Below the pieces are notes generated by a model, which worked only from the letters and a program-made list of their open reading frames with translations, did not search any database and had not been told where the DNA came from. This document shows positions 46,383 through 56,167 of a stretch of DNA of 64,000 bases, one piece after another; positions within the stretch are counted from its first letter, which is position 1, and every line of letters starts with the position of its first letter. The translations under genes and the position numbers were made by a program. The stretch lies in contig CBDCTZ010000005.1 in NCBI GenBank assembly GCA_965222375.1, forward strand, positions 320,001 to 384,000. The letters run 5' to 3'. The stretch is from Polyangiaceae bacterium. GTDB taxonomy: Bacteria; Myxococcota_A; Polyangia; Polyangiales; Polyangiaceae.

Positions 46383-46598
46383 TCAGGGTGAGCGCGTGAT
46401 TTGGAGCTCGGCGGGTGGGCGCCAGTTCTTGCCCTTGTCACCCGCCGTGAACCTTCGGGTCCCCGCGTTCTTCGCCGCGACGGGAGCTACAAACCGTTGA
46501 ACGAGTCCGAGCCCGCCTGCAACGGCTCGGTCTCCAGTTCCCGAAACAACTCTGCCGTGGCGGACATCGGTTTCCGCTACTGTTGGGACCTGCCCTAA
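46383..46598 (+). pseudogene. Possible decayed C-terminal fragment of an FGE-sulfatase (SUMF1) domain
   Basis: One frame reads SG*ARDLE...RVLRRDGSY...C...SRN...IGFRYCWDLP*, compared with the family pattern GNxxEW...RGGSW...R...GFRC. Confidence 0.4.
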
Positions 46599-46676
46599 CC
46601 GACGCCGCCGGCGCGATTTCTGCGCATGGCGCTGCGTGCTGCGCCATGGCGCCGAACGTGCCAGTATGGCGCGCTC

Positions 46677-47552
46677 ATGCAGGCCCGCGTCGGTGAGGTG
46701 CTCGACTCTCGGTACCGCTTGATCGCAAAAGTCGGTGCTGGGGCCTACGGCGTGGTGTTTCGGGCGCGGGACTTGGAAACCCGCGATGAAGTCGCCGTCA
46801 AGTTGCTCAAAGGCGAAACCGGCAAGGACCCCGCGCTTGCGGCCCGCTTCGAGCGCGAAGCCATGGCCATGGCGCGCCTGCGGGGCACGAGCGCCGTATA
46901 CGTCCACCGCATGGGGCGCCTGGAGGACGGCTCGGCCTACATCGTGATGGAGATGTTGTATGGCGCGGAGCTCGAGGAGTTCTTGTCCCGAGCCGAAAAA
47001 CAGGGCGGGCGTCTGAAGCGCGAGCACACCCTGTCGCTGCTACGGCCTATCGCCCAGACCCTCGACGCAGCGCACACGCAGGGCATCGTGCATCGCGACT
47101 TGAAACCCAGCAACATCTTCATCGTCGACCCAGCCCATGGCGGCGGGGTGCGGCTGATGGACTTCGGTTTGGCCAAGCTGCTCGATGCCAACAGCCTCAC
47201 CGCCGAGGGCATGGTCGCTGGCACTCCGAGCTACATCGCCCCCGAGTCCTGGCGCGGAGACCCGCACAAGCTGGACCACCGCATCGACGTCTACTCCCTC
47301 GGCGTGATCGTCTTTCGCTGCCTGGCAGGCCGCGTACCCTACCCCAGCAAGAGCATGTTGGACCTGTGCCGCTGGGCCCAAACCGGCGAGCGGCCGAGCT
47401 TGACCGCAGTTCGCAAGAGTCTGCCACCGAAGATCGACGACTGGGTTCAGAAGGCGTTGGCGATCGATCCCGAAAAGCGCTTTCAGAGCATCAGCGAGTT
47501 GTGGCTGAGCCTGGAGGCCATTCTGGGCACGGGCCCGAGCCGCCCGTGGTGA
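46677..47552 (+). CDS. Hanks-type Ser/Thr protein kinase (cytoplasmic, kinase domain only)
   Basis: GAGAYGVV, VAVK, HRDLKPSN, DFG, GTPSYIAPE, DVYSLG. Confidence 0.95.
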   Translation: MQARVGEVLDSRYRLIAKVGAGAYGVVFRARDLETRDEVAVKLLKGETGKDPALAARFEREAMAMARLRGTSAVYVHRMGRLEDGSAYIVMEMLYGAELEEFLSRAEKQGGRLKREHTLSLLRPIAQTLDAAHTQGIVHRDLKPSNIFIVDPAHGGGVRLMDFGLAKLLDANSLTAEGMVAGTPSYIAPESWRGDPHKLDHRIDVYSLGVIVFRCLAGRVPYPSKSMLDLCRWAQTGERPSLTAVRKSLPPKIDDWVQKALAIDPEKRFQSISELWLSLEAILGTGPSRPW

Positions 47553-47554
47553 GA

Positions 47555-49579
47555 CTAATTCGCGGGCTTGAGGTGCTTTTCCAAGAATAGCACCGTGAGC
47601 ATGTAGAACAGGTCGCGGTTTTCCTTCTTGCGGAAGCCGTGCCCCTCGTTGTTGGCGACCATGTACCAAACGTCGCGGTCGTTCTTTCGAACCGCCGCAA
47701 CGATCTGATCCGTCTCGGACAAGGGCACGCGCGGGTCATTCGCGCCATGGGCCACGAACAGCGCGCTCTTGATGCGGTGAGCGTTCTCGCTGGGAGATAT
47801 CTTGGTCAAAAACTCGCGCATCTTGGGCTTGCGCTCGTCGCCGTATTCAGCGCGACGCAGGTCTCGTCGATACTCCTTGGTGTTCTTCAAAAAGGTCACG
47901 AAGTTGCTGATCCCCACGATATCGACGCCCGCCACCAGGCGCTCGGCGTAGTGCACGAGGGACGCCAGCACCATGTAGCCCCCGTAAGAGCCGCCCAATA
48001 CCGCTACCCGGCTCGCATCCAAGTTGGACTGGGTTTTCACCCAATCCAACAAGCTGCCGATGTCGCGCACGGAGCCTTCGCGCTTGTCTCCGTTGTCGAG
48101 CAACAGATAACTCTTACCGTAGCCGTCCGAGCCGCGCACGTTCGGCACTAGGACCGCCACCTTCTTTTCGACGACGAGGTATTGCACCAGCGGCGAAAAC
48201 CAAGGCCGGGCTTGGGACTCCGGGCCACCGTGAATCCATACCAGCACCGGATGCGGCCCGGCTCCCTCGGGCGTGTACACGAAGGCCGGGATCTTTCTGT
48301 CGTCAAAAGTCGGGTAGCGGATCAACTTGGGAGCATGAAACGTCGCCGCGTCCATTCCGCCCACCTCGCTTTTCGTGAATCGCTGGATGCGACCGGTCAC
48401 CGTGTCCAAGCTGAAAGCGTCACCGGGCTCCGTCGCCCCGGCCAGGGAAAAGCCCAGCACGTTTTTCTTTCGCGCGAAACGAATTGACCCAACCAGCCCC
48501 TTGGGGATCCCTCGCACCGGACGGATCTGGCGCGTGACCGTGTCCAAAAGTCGCAACACGCCGTAGCCTTCTTCGTTGCTGACGAACGCGAGGGTCCGGC
48601 CGTCCGTCGACAGAGCAACTTCGCTCACGTTCCACGGGATCTTGGCCGTCAGTGCTTTCCACTTCTGCTCGCCCTGTAGGTTGACCTCGAACAGTTGGGC
48701 GTGCTCGCCCTCGCGGTCTGTCGCGATGTACGCCCGCTTGCCATCCGGGTGCAGTGTCGCCGCGCGATAGGACGCCACAGGCGATTCCGGGGTCAGGCGC
48801 TGCGCAGTCTTGGCCCCAATGTCGACGAGGTGCAGGCGCATGTCGTTGATCGACACGTATTGTCCCACAAGCAGCCTGCGCCCGTCGCGGCTGAACTCGA
48901 TTGGATACCAATGACCACTGCGCTTCAGAAGCAACTGCTCTGCTGATGCCTTGACCCCGTCACCGAGATAGAGGTCCATGTCTTTGCCGTTGCGCGCGTT
49001 GCTGGTGTAGGCAATGCGGTCACCGGCGTGAGACCAGACGTAGCTGCCGTGGCGACTCTTGCCGTCCGTGAGCCGAGTCACCTTGCCGGTTTTTCGGTCG
49101 AGCCGTCGGATCTGATACTGCTCGTTGCCGCCAGTGTCACTCATGTAGAGCAAAGCTCGACCGTCGAGGCTAGTGCTCACATTCCGCACAGGCTCGTCGT
49201 CGAAGGTCAGCTGAGCGCGCGCACCCATGGGCGCCGTGACGATGTGGGCCTGCGAAGTCTGAGCAAAACGCGTCGTGACGATCACAGACTTGCCATCGTC
49301 AGTGATGTGTTCGAGCTTGGCGGCGCGTGTATTCAGATACTGGCCAAGACGATCCCGTAGCGCGTCCGGGATTTCCGGCGTACCGCTGAGCACGACGGTC
49401 TTGGAGGACTTGGAGTTCGTTGCTGTGCCAGGGGCCCGTGGGCCCGTCCCGCCGATGTCGGACAGGGGCGCCCGCTGCGCCGGCGGCATTGGCGAGGTAT
49501 CGAGTTGATTACTTGCACAGCCCGACGCGAGGGCGAAGGTGACCACGGCCAGTAGTGAGCGAACCATGACCGCGTCCAT
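47555..49579 (-). CDS. S9 family peptidase (beta-propeller plus prolyl oligopeptidase domain), lipoprotein
   Basis: Lipobox ASGC, IHGGPE, NVRGSDGYG, GGSYGG, NDPRV, EGHGF. Confidence 0.95.
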   Translation of the reverse strand: MDAVMVRSLLAVVTFALASGCASNQLDTSPMPPAQRAPLSDIGGTGPRAPGTATNSKSSKTVVLSGTPEIPDALRDRLGQYLNTRAAKLEHITDDGKSVIVTTRFAQTSQAHIVTAPMGARAQLTFDDEPVRNVSTSLDGRALLYMSDTGGNEQYQIRRLDRKTGKVTRLTDGKSRHGSYVWSHAGDRIAYTSNARNGKDMDLYLGDGVKASAEQLLLKRSGHWYPIEFSRDGRRLLVGQYVSINDMRLHLVDIGAKTAQRLTPESPVASYRAATLHPDGKRAYIATDREGEHAQLFEVNLQGEQKWKALTAKIPWNVSEVALSTDGRTLAFVSNEEGYGVLRLLDTVTRQIRPVRGIPKGLVGSIRFARKKNVLGFSLAGATEPGDAFSLDTVTGRIQRFTKSEVGGMDAATFHAPKLIRYPTFDDRKIPAFVYTPEGAGPHPVLVWIHGGPESQARPWFSPLVQYLVVEKKVAVLVPNVRGSDGYGKSYLLLDNGDKREGSVRDIGSLLDWVKTQSNLDASRVAVLGGSYGGYMVLASLVHYAERLVAGVDIVGISNFVTFLKNTKEYRRDLRRAEYGDERKPKMREFLTKISPSENAHRIKSALFVAHGANDPRVPLSETDQIVAAVRKNDRDVWYMVANNEGHGFRKKENRDLFYMLTVLFLEKHLKPAN

Positions 49580-49628
49580 ACCTCAGACGGAGGCAAGCAT
49601 TTGAGGATTTCGACTCCGGCGTCGTGCC

Positions 49629-52600
49629 TCAGACGTAACCCATCCGACGCCGCAGGGTCTGCGATGGATCGCTGATCCAGAACCGCATCATATCCGCTGC
49701 CAGTTCCATTCCCTGCGCCAGGGCTTGGCCCCGTAGGCCGGCCAAGTCGCCCTCGGTGCGCCGAATCAGGGTCACGCAAGCGGGCAAATCATCGGCGAAC
49801 ACCATCGCCGCTCGGGCAGCGCTGCGCCGAATGCGTTCCGACAGCTCCGTGAAGTCGATGGCTGGAGCTGCGGAATACGCGTGTGCCGCTTCCTCGGCCG
49901 CCCGGCGTCCACGGCGCGACAACGACTTTTGCACCTTCTTGGCGTGCGCCGCCAAGAACTCTTCGTCGGCAGTGCCAACACCGAAGCTGGAGTCCACGGC
50001 GCGGGTGGCGGCCACGAGCAGCAATTCGATTTCTCGTGGACTCAAGCGATTCACAGCGTGCAGCTTGCGAGCAATGTTGCTGAGGGGGCGAGCAAGCAGA
50101 AAGCCCTGCTCGACCTCCGTGAGCTGGGTCACGCTCGCCGGCACCAGCACCGCAGGAGGGTCGGTCAGCTCCACTTCCAAAGAGCCGGCATGAGCTCGGT
50201 GCACGTACAGCTCGAACTCCTCGACACCGAACACATGAGCCACATGGTCCGCCAGCAGCCGCAGCGGGTTGCCGGAACGCGTAGTGATGCGATCTCTGCT
50301 GGACAGTCCGTAGCGATCGAGTTCCGGCGGATGCACCTTGCCCAGGCCCTCGGAAAGCGTCGCGAGCAGGTCGTTCGCGGAATCCGAGCCGCCGTGTTCG
50401 TCGAGGGCGCGATAGGCGGCGTGGTCGAAAGCGCCGGTCTGCGCCCGAGCCATCCTCGACGGCCGCGCGGACAAGGTCGCACGCTCCAAGTCGTTCGCGG
50501 ACCCCAGGGCGACCAAAGGGGCCGACGCCAGGTCCGACTCCTCCTTGCGCCCCAGCGCCTTGTAGACCTGGCTCAAGTCACGCCAAGTTTCTGCTCGCGT
50601 CACGTCCAAGCGCAGCAGGTGCTTCAGCTCGCCGAGAGCACGCTCGTTACTGCTCGCCGCTCGCAACCGGCCAACGAGTTCGATCCGCAGCTCCTTGGAT
50701 GCAGGGGTTTGTGCGAGAGCCTGATCCAAGGTCCCGATGGCCATGTCGATTTGGTGCATCTCATCGCCCTGCACCCGCGCGATTTCCGTAAGCACCTCCA
50801 CCCTGGCCTCGACGCTCCGATTGGGGTCTTCCAGATAGGCCTTCAGCGCACCAACGTAATTGTTCCAACGCGGGTCATCCCCCAGCAGCTTCTGCTCGAC
50901 CAACAGATCGTGAAAGTCTTGGGCGGCGCGTCCATCGAGGCCGACGAAGGCGACGGCTTGCTCATAGGCGTGGGCCGCGCGATCGAGGGCTTTCTGCTCA
51001 CGTTCGAGGATTGCCAGAGCACATAGCGCCTCCGCACGCTCGTGATCGTCCCGAGCAATCTGGACCAAGCGCGCCGCTGTTTCAGCGGCTGGACCATGCT
51101 GCCCGCGGCGCTTCTGGATCGTGGCGAGGCGGATCAGTGCGCCCCGGTTTGTGTCATCCAGCGCCAGTACTCGCTCCACGCTCACGAGCGCGCGAGCCTC
51201 GTCGCCGAGGTGATCTTGCAGGATCCGAGCGAGCTCTGCGTGGGACTCGATCTTGAGTTCCTTGGACGGGCTCTGCGCCAAGACCTGGCCGAAACGATCA
51301 ACTGCTTCGGCCCACTGCCGGTCCCGCGCATACAGACGGCCGAGTTCCATTAACGCATCCACGTGACCGGGTTGCTCGTCGATCACCCGATGCAGAGCTG
51401 CCAAGCCCGCGGGCAGGTCGTTTTTCTTGTCGGCTAGCAGCCGCGCGACCCGAATCCAAAGCGCTGCCCTGCGATCCAAGTCCATGCACCACTGCGCCGC
51501 CTGGCACAGGGCATCGAATAGGCGATCCACTTGATCCAAAGCCAGCAGCAGGCGCTCGAGCTCGGAGGCGACGCCGTCGTCACCGGGGTTGAGCTCCAAC
51601 GCCTTTTCGAGAGCGGCGACCGCTTTGTCCGCCTCCCCGCGGCCAGCGTGCACGTCCGCTGCACCCCGCAGCAATGACGCGGCCACCTCCGTGTCCTCCA
51701 AAGCGCGTTTCGCGACTTCCGAGGCCTGCTCCAGCTGCTCCGCGTCCCCGGAACTCTTGGCGAGCCGAACGATGCCCCAGGCGGCTGCCATGCTTTCCGG
51801 GTCCCGGGCCAACGCCGAGCGGTAGGACTCCAAAGCGCTTGCGTCACTGATCGACTCGAGCATCTCCGCCAGGCGAGTCTGATGCGCAGCCGCTACGTCG
51901 GCCACGACGCTGGTGGCACCGAGCTTGGCATCCACGTGGGTCAAGAGTTGAGAGTCCCCCATGGCCAGCGCGATCCGCTCCAACTCAGCTAGCGCTCCCA
52001 GATCCGTGGGGGAGAGCTGCAGAATCGAAATGAACGTCGCACGCTGCAGCTCTAGGCCACTCGTGCCACTTCTCTCCTGCAAGCGGGCCAGCTCCCGAAG
52101 GGCGGCCACCTTGGAGCTGACGTCAGTCATCACCGCGGCTTGCCGCGTGTAAACCTTCGCGAGGTCTTCGAAGTTGCCCAGCTTGGCGTAGAGCGGTTCG
52201 AGGGCGCGGAGAGCACCAACGTGAGAAGGATCCCGCTTCAGCACGTCCTCGAAGCACTCGATGGCATGGGACTCGTCATCGAGCTCATCCCGCAGCATCT
52301 CGGCCTGACGAAACCGCGCCGCAACTGCCACCATCGGGTCCGAAGCGCTCTGTACTTCGCGTTCCAGCTCTTCGGCGTAGCGCTTCCAATCGCTGGCCTG
52401 GGCCAGAAGCCGCGCCCGACCATCCAACGCGGGACGGAAACCTTCGTCTACCGCCAGCGCCTGCTCGTAGGCGGCCAGAGCCTTGTCGTTCTGGCCCAGC
52501 CGGTTTTCGTAGACTTCGGCCAAGCGTAGCGCCGTTCGCGCGCGCTGGTCCTCTTTCTTCAGGCCCGAAAGCTCCAGCTCGATCAGCTTGACCAACTCGG

Positions 52601-55016
52601 CCCAGTGCCCACGGGCGGCAAGCTTCCGCCCCAAGGCGTGCAAGGCCGGCTGGTGGAATGGGTCCATTTCGATCGCGCGCCGATAAAACGCGATTGCGTC
52701 CTCGTCACGCCCCATGCGCTCTTCGGACAGCTCAGCCATCTTGAATAGCAGCGCCGCGGATTGCGGACCTTTCGCCGTGATGGCCAGCTCTTTGGAATAC
52801 ACCTCCAGCAGGTCATCCCAGCGGCCCGCGCGATAATACAGCCGCCCCAGACTGGACAGCGCCGGCGCGTAGCGCGGGTCTTTGGCTACCACGTCAGCGA
52901 AACGTATGAGCGCTGCGTCCGTATCCCCAAGGTGATCCTCGAGCACTTCGCCGGCGCGATGCAGCAGCGCAACCTGCTCCTCGGTGTGCTTGACGATCTT
53001 GGACTCGAGCTCCAGAGCCAGCACGAGATCCTTGTAGCGGCCCGCGCGCTCTGCTGCACGTTGCATCGCATGCAGTGCGCCCACGTGCTCTGGGTCGACT
53101 TCGAGCACCCGCCGGTAGGCATTGAGTCCCGCGCTCGGTGAATCCAACGCGTCTTCGTGCAAGCGACCGATCTTGAACAGATAAGTGATCTTGGTTTCAG
53201 GGTCTTTGGCCGCATCAACGGCGCGCTCGTACAGCTCTCCGAGCTCTCGGTGCTTGCCGGCGCTCGAATACAGACGGCATAGCGCCTTGAAGGACGGCGG
53301 GTGCATGGGCGAAAGACCCAGCGCGCGAGCGTGGTGCCCGATGGCCGTTTCGGACTGCCCGAGCTGCTCTTCGTAGATCACGGCAATGCGCGCATGAGCC
53401 GCAGCACGCCGGCCCGCATCGTCGACCGCCTCCGCCTCCGCCGCATGCATGGCGATCAGCTCCTGCCACTGGCGGCGCTGGGTGTAGAGATTACCAAGCG
53501 CGCTGAGTGCAGGCAGATACGACGCATCGAGCTCAAGCGCCTGCGCATAGATTTTCGCCGCGCCAGCTTCGTCATTCAGCCGTTCCTCGGCGATTTGACC
53601 GATGCGGTGATACAGCCCGAGTTTTGCGCTCGCACCCTCGGTGTTGTCGACCATGCGAGTCAAGGTTTGAACCAGCGCGGCGTACTGCTTGGTGCGGTCG
53701 TAGAGTCGAGCGAGTTCGCCCAGCACCATCAACTCGTCTGGCGAACTCTCGGCTGCACGTTCAAAGGCTTCAATCGCTTCATCATCGTGCCCCAGGCGAT
53801 CTGACAGCACGCGCCCGGTTCGGTAGTAGGCCATGCTGCGCACAACCGGATCCGCGGCCATCAAGGCTTCCGTCCGCAGCGTCTCTGCCAGGTCTCGGTA
53901 ACGCTTGGCCTCGGTGAACAGTCGCTTCAGCGCGTCGATGGCTCCCGGGGCTGCTTTGTCGAAGCTGAGAGCCTCTCGATACAGCTCCGCCGCGCCGTGA
54001 CTGTCGTCCTTACGCTTTTCGGCCAAGTGTGCGCGCTCCGCCAGAATCGACGCCCGCAACCGCTTGTCTTCCCCGGCGCCGCTAGCCTCCCGTTCGTAGG
54101 TCACGTCCAGGGAGTCCCAATTCTCCTGGTTGAGGTCCAACCGCTCGACAGCTTTGAGAGCGGTGGACAGCCCGCCGTCCAGTTCGAGCGCCGCGGTGTA
54201 GGCCTCGTGGGCTTCGCTCCGCTTGCCCATGAAGTCTTCCAGCACGCAGCCCTTTTCGTACAGGAGCAGCGCCCGCGCCGTCGGCTCCCCGGTGAAGCGG
54301 GCCTCGGCGTCGAAAAGAGAAACTGCGGCTTGAAAGTCTCTCCGCGACAACAACACTCGTCGGGTTCCGCGCAATGTCGGAACATGATCGGGACAGAGTT
54401 GATACGCCTTCTGGTAGTGATCCGCAGCCTTGCTCAGATCGGCGATCGGGCTTTCGTAGAGCCGCGCAATCTCGTAGTGAAGGCGACCACGCTTGAGTGG
54501 GTCCGTTGTCTTCTCGAACTGCTTTTCGAGCGAAGACAGCGTAAGCCGCGCGATTTCACCGCGCGGGTCCGGTGCGGGTGGCACGCCGATTTGAGTGGGC
54601 TTGTGCTCGGTCGGATCCTCGACCGGTTCTTCTTCCAGCAGTTCGTCCACTTCGATGGCAGACGCCGTCCGCTTGAGCGGGGCGCCCGCCTTGGGCGGCG
54701 GTGGAACACCTTTGGGCCGCTCGGCCCCGGGGACCGGGGGCGGCTTCGCCGGTTTGGGAGCAGACTTCTTCTTCCCCCCGACTTTGGGTTTGGCGTCGGC
54801 TTCCGCGCTGGACTTGGCTTTGCGCCGCGGCGGCGGAGGGACCCCGGCCCCCTTGCCGCCCCGCTTGGGGGGAGGCGGCGGCACCGAGCGCGGACCGGTG
54901 CCACCTGGCGCCTTGGCGCGAGCCTTCGGAGCCACTGGGCGCGGCGGATCCTGGGCCTCCGGCTTGGGGTTGTCGGGCTGGCTAGATTCTTTGGATGCGC
55001 GTTCGTCGTCGGACAT
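49629..55016 (-). CDS. Giant TPR-repeat protein with Pro/Lys-rich N-terminus and a degenerate zincin-like C-terminal domain
   Basis: About 130-aa low-complexity N-terminus followed by many A..AY..AL..DP...AL..L TPR units. Confidence 0.9.
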   Translation of the reverse strand: MSDDERASKESSQPDNPKPEAQDPPRPVAPKARAKAPGGTGPRSVPPPPPKRGGKGAGVPPPPRRKAKSSAEADAKPKVGGKKKSAPKPAKPPPVPGAERPKGVPPPPKAGAPLKRTASAIEVDELLEEEPVEDPTEHKPTQIGVPPAPDPRGEIARLTLSSLEKQFEKTTDPLKRGRLHYEIARLYESPIADLSKAADHYQKAYQLCPDHVPTLRGTRRVLLSRRDFQAAVSLFDAEARFTGEPTARALLLYEKGCVLEDFMGKRSEAHEAYTAALELDGGLSTALKAVERLDLNQENWDSLDVTYEREASGAGEDKRLRASILAERAHLAEKRKDDSHGAAELYREALSFDKAAPGAIDALKRLFTEAKRYRDLAETLRTEALMAADPVVRSMAYYRTGRVLSDRLGHDDEAIEAFERAAESSPDELMVLGELARLYDRTKQYAALVQTLTRMVDNTEGASAKLGLYHRIGQIAEERLNDEAGAAKIYAQALELDASYLPALSALGNLYTQRRQWQELIAMHAAEAEAVDDAGRRAAAHARIAVIYEEQLGQSETAIGHHARALGLSPMHPPSFKALCRLYSSAGKHRELGELYERAVDAAKDPETKITYLFKIGRLHEDALDSPSAGLNAYRRVLEVDPEHVGALHAMQRAAERAGRYKDLVLALELESKIVKHTEEQVALLHRAGEVLEDHLGDTDAALIRFADVVAKDPRYAPALSSLGRLYYRAGRWDDLLEVYSKELAITAKGPQSAALLFKMAELSEERMGRDEDAIAFYRRAIEMDPFHQPALHALGRKLAARGHWAELVKLIELELSGLKKEDQRARTALRLAEVYENRLGQNDKALAAYEQALAVDEGFRPALDGRARLLAQASDWKRYAEELEREVQSASDPMVAVAARFRQAEMLRDELDDESHAIECFEDVLKRDPSHVGALRALEPLYAKLGNFEDLAKVYTRQAAVMTDVSSKVAALRELARLQERSGTSGLELQRATFISILQLSPTDLGALAELERIALAMGDSQLLTHVDAKLGATSVVADVAAAHQTRLAEMLESISDASALESYRSALARDPESMAAAWGIVRLAKSSGDAEQLEQASEVAKRALEDTEVAASLLRGAADVHAGRGEADKAVAALEKALELNPGDDGVASELERLLLALDQVDRLFDALCQAAQWCMDLDRRAALWIRVARLLADKKNDLPAGLAALHRVIDEQPGHVDALMELGRLYARDRQWAEAVDRFGQVLAQSPSKELKIESHAELARILQDHLGDEARALVSVERVLALDDTNRGALIRLATIQKRRGQHGPAAETAARLVQIARDDHERAEALCALAILEREQKALDRAAHAYEQAVAFVGLDGRAAQDFHDLLVEQKLLGDDPRWNNYVGALKAYLEDPNRSVEARVEVLTEIARVQGDEMHQIDMAIGTLDQALAQTPASKELRIELVGRLRAASSNERALGELKHLLRLDVTRAETWRDLSQVYKALGRKEESDLASAPLVALGSANDLERATLSARPSRMARAQTGAFDHAAYRALDEHGGSDSANDLLATLSEGLGKVHPPELDRYGLSSRDRITTRSGNPLRLLADHVAHVFGVEEFELYVHRAHAGSLEVELTDPPAVLVPASVTQLTEVEQGFLLARPLSNIARKLHAVNRLSPREIELLLVAATRAVDSSFGVGTADEEFLAAHAKKVQKSLSRRGRRAAEEAAHAYSAAPAIDFTELSERIRRSAARAAMVFADDLPACVTLIRRTEGDLAGLRGQALAQGMELAADMMRFWISDPSQTLRRRMGYV

Positions 55017-55168
55017 GATCGACTCGCGGCGACCGACCTTAGCACGGGTGCGCCGGGCACTCCTGAGCAGGCAGCGTCAGCCGGTAAACCCAGGTGATTT
55101 CAATCACTTAGACAAATAGCTCCCCGGAGTCCATGAAAATCGACCCCGACCTCCATGACGGCGACCGC

Positions 55169-56047
55169 TCAACCCGGTGTCGGCAGTCGGATGACCCGGC
55201 CGCCCTTCGGCGGAGGCTCGACGGGCGGCAACGCCAGGACCAGCTTCTCGATGGCAGGGAGAACGTGCACGACTGCGCCTTCAGCATGGAGCTCGGAGAA
55301 CTCAGCATCGAAAACCAGCACCAACCGGTAGATGTTCGCAAAGCTGCGCGCGAGCAGCCCAAATCCCTTCTCGTGCACGACTTCGCGGCTATCGCCGTTA
55401 CCCTCGCGCCGCACATAGGAGATGGCGCGCGCGCTGAGCAAGTGCTGACGCCACGCGGCGCCAGACCGCTTGCTGTGTTGCCGGATTCGCTCCGCTTCTC
55501 GTAGCAGAAACGACGACAGAGGCGCTTCGACGTTGCGCGCTTCGAGCAATAGGCCGGCTTGCTCGTCCTCCCGTTCGAGCAGCTGAGAAAAATCCACGCC
55601 TGCTTGCTCCGCGGCTTCCAGGGCGCGGGCGGCTCGCAGAGCGGTCTCGACGTCTTCGTCCGGGCGCCGGATCTCGCTGGTGCCCCACAGGACGGGGGAT
55701 TGCACGTCCACGACGACCGCACGAATGGCACCAACCCGGTCCGCCAGCCGGGCGAGTTCGTCGTCCAAGCGGCGAGACGCCAGTTCGCTGCCAAACACGA
55801 CGTGTTCCGCGGCAGTGCCTGCCGAGTGGGAAAACGAGCGGGCAATATCGCGCAGCTTCTCCAGGTATTCCTGGGGATCTTCCGGCGCGGATTCAAACAC
55901 CGCCACCAAGCGGGCGCCCCCCTCCAAGAGTTCGAAGAGCTGGGTCGGATCCGTCGGCGGCCGGCCGCCCACTTCAATTCGGGCGTCGACCGCACCCAAG
56001 CGCTCGCGCACCAATTCGAGGACTCGGAAAACCGCTCCATCCACCAC
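55169..56047 (-). CDS. Hypothetical protein, possibly Roadblock/longin-like fold
   Basis: Co-oriented upstream of the TPR gene. Start chosen at GTG 56047, 6 nt after TATAGG; ATG 56110 is an alternative. Confidence 0.7.
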   Translation of the reverse strand: MVDGAVFRVLELVRERLGAVDARIEVGGRPPTDPTQLFELLEGGARLVAVFESAPEDPQEYLEKLRDIARSFSHSAGTAAEHVVFGSELASRRLDDELARLADRVGAIRAVVVDVQSPVLWGTSEIRRPDEDVETALRAARALEAAEQAGVDFSQLLEREDEQAGLLLEARNVEAPLSSFLLREAERIRQHSKRSGAAWRQHLLSARAISYVRREGNGDSREVVHEKGFGLLARSFANIYRLVLVFDAEFSELHAEGAVVHVLPAIEKLVLALPPVEPPPKGGRVIRLPTPG

Positions 56048-56167
56048 GGGCGCCCTATACCACTGCTTCGGGCTGATCGGCACGGACCAGGCCGCCGCGG
56101 GCGCTTTCATCCCACCGGAAAGGGGGATATTGCCGTTCGCGGCTGGATTGCTGGAGGAGACACGACC

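Noticed and set aside
55090..55115. IHF-like site TTTCAATCACTTA upstream of the TPR gene as part of a sigma54 promoter
   Set aside because: One mismatch to the consensus and no convincing GG-N10-GC element nearby. An extended -10 (TGCTAAGGT) explains the promoter better.
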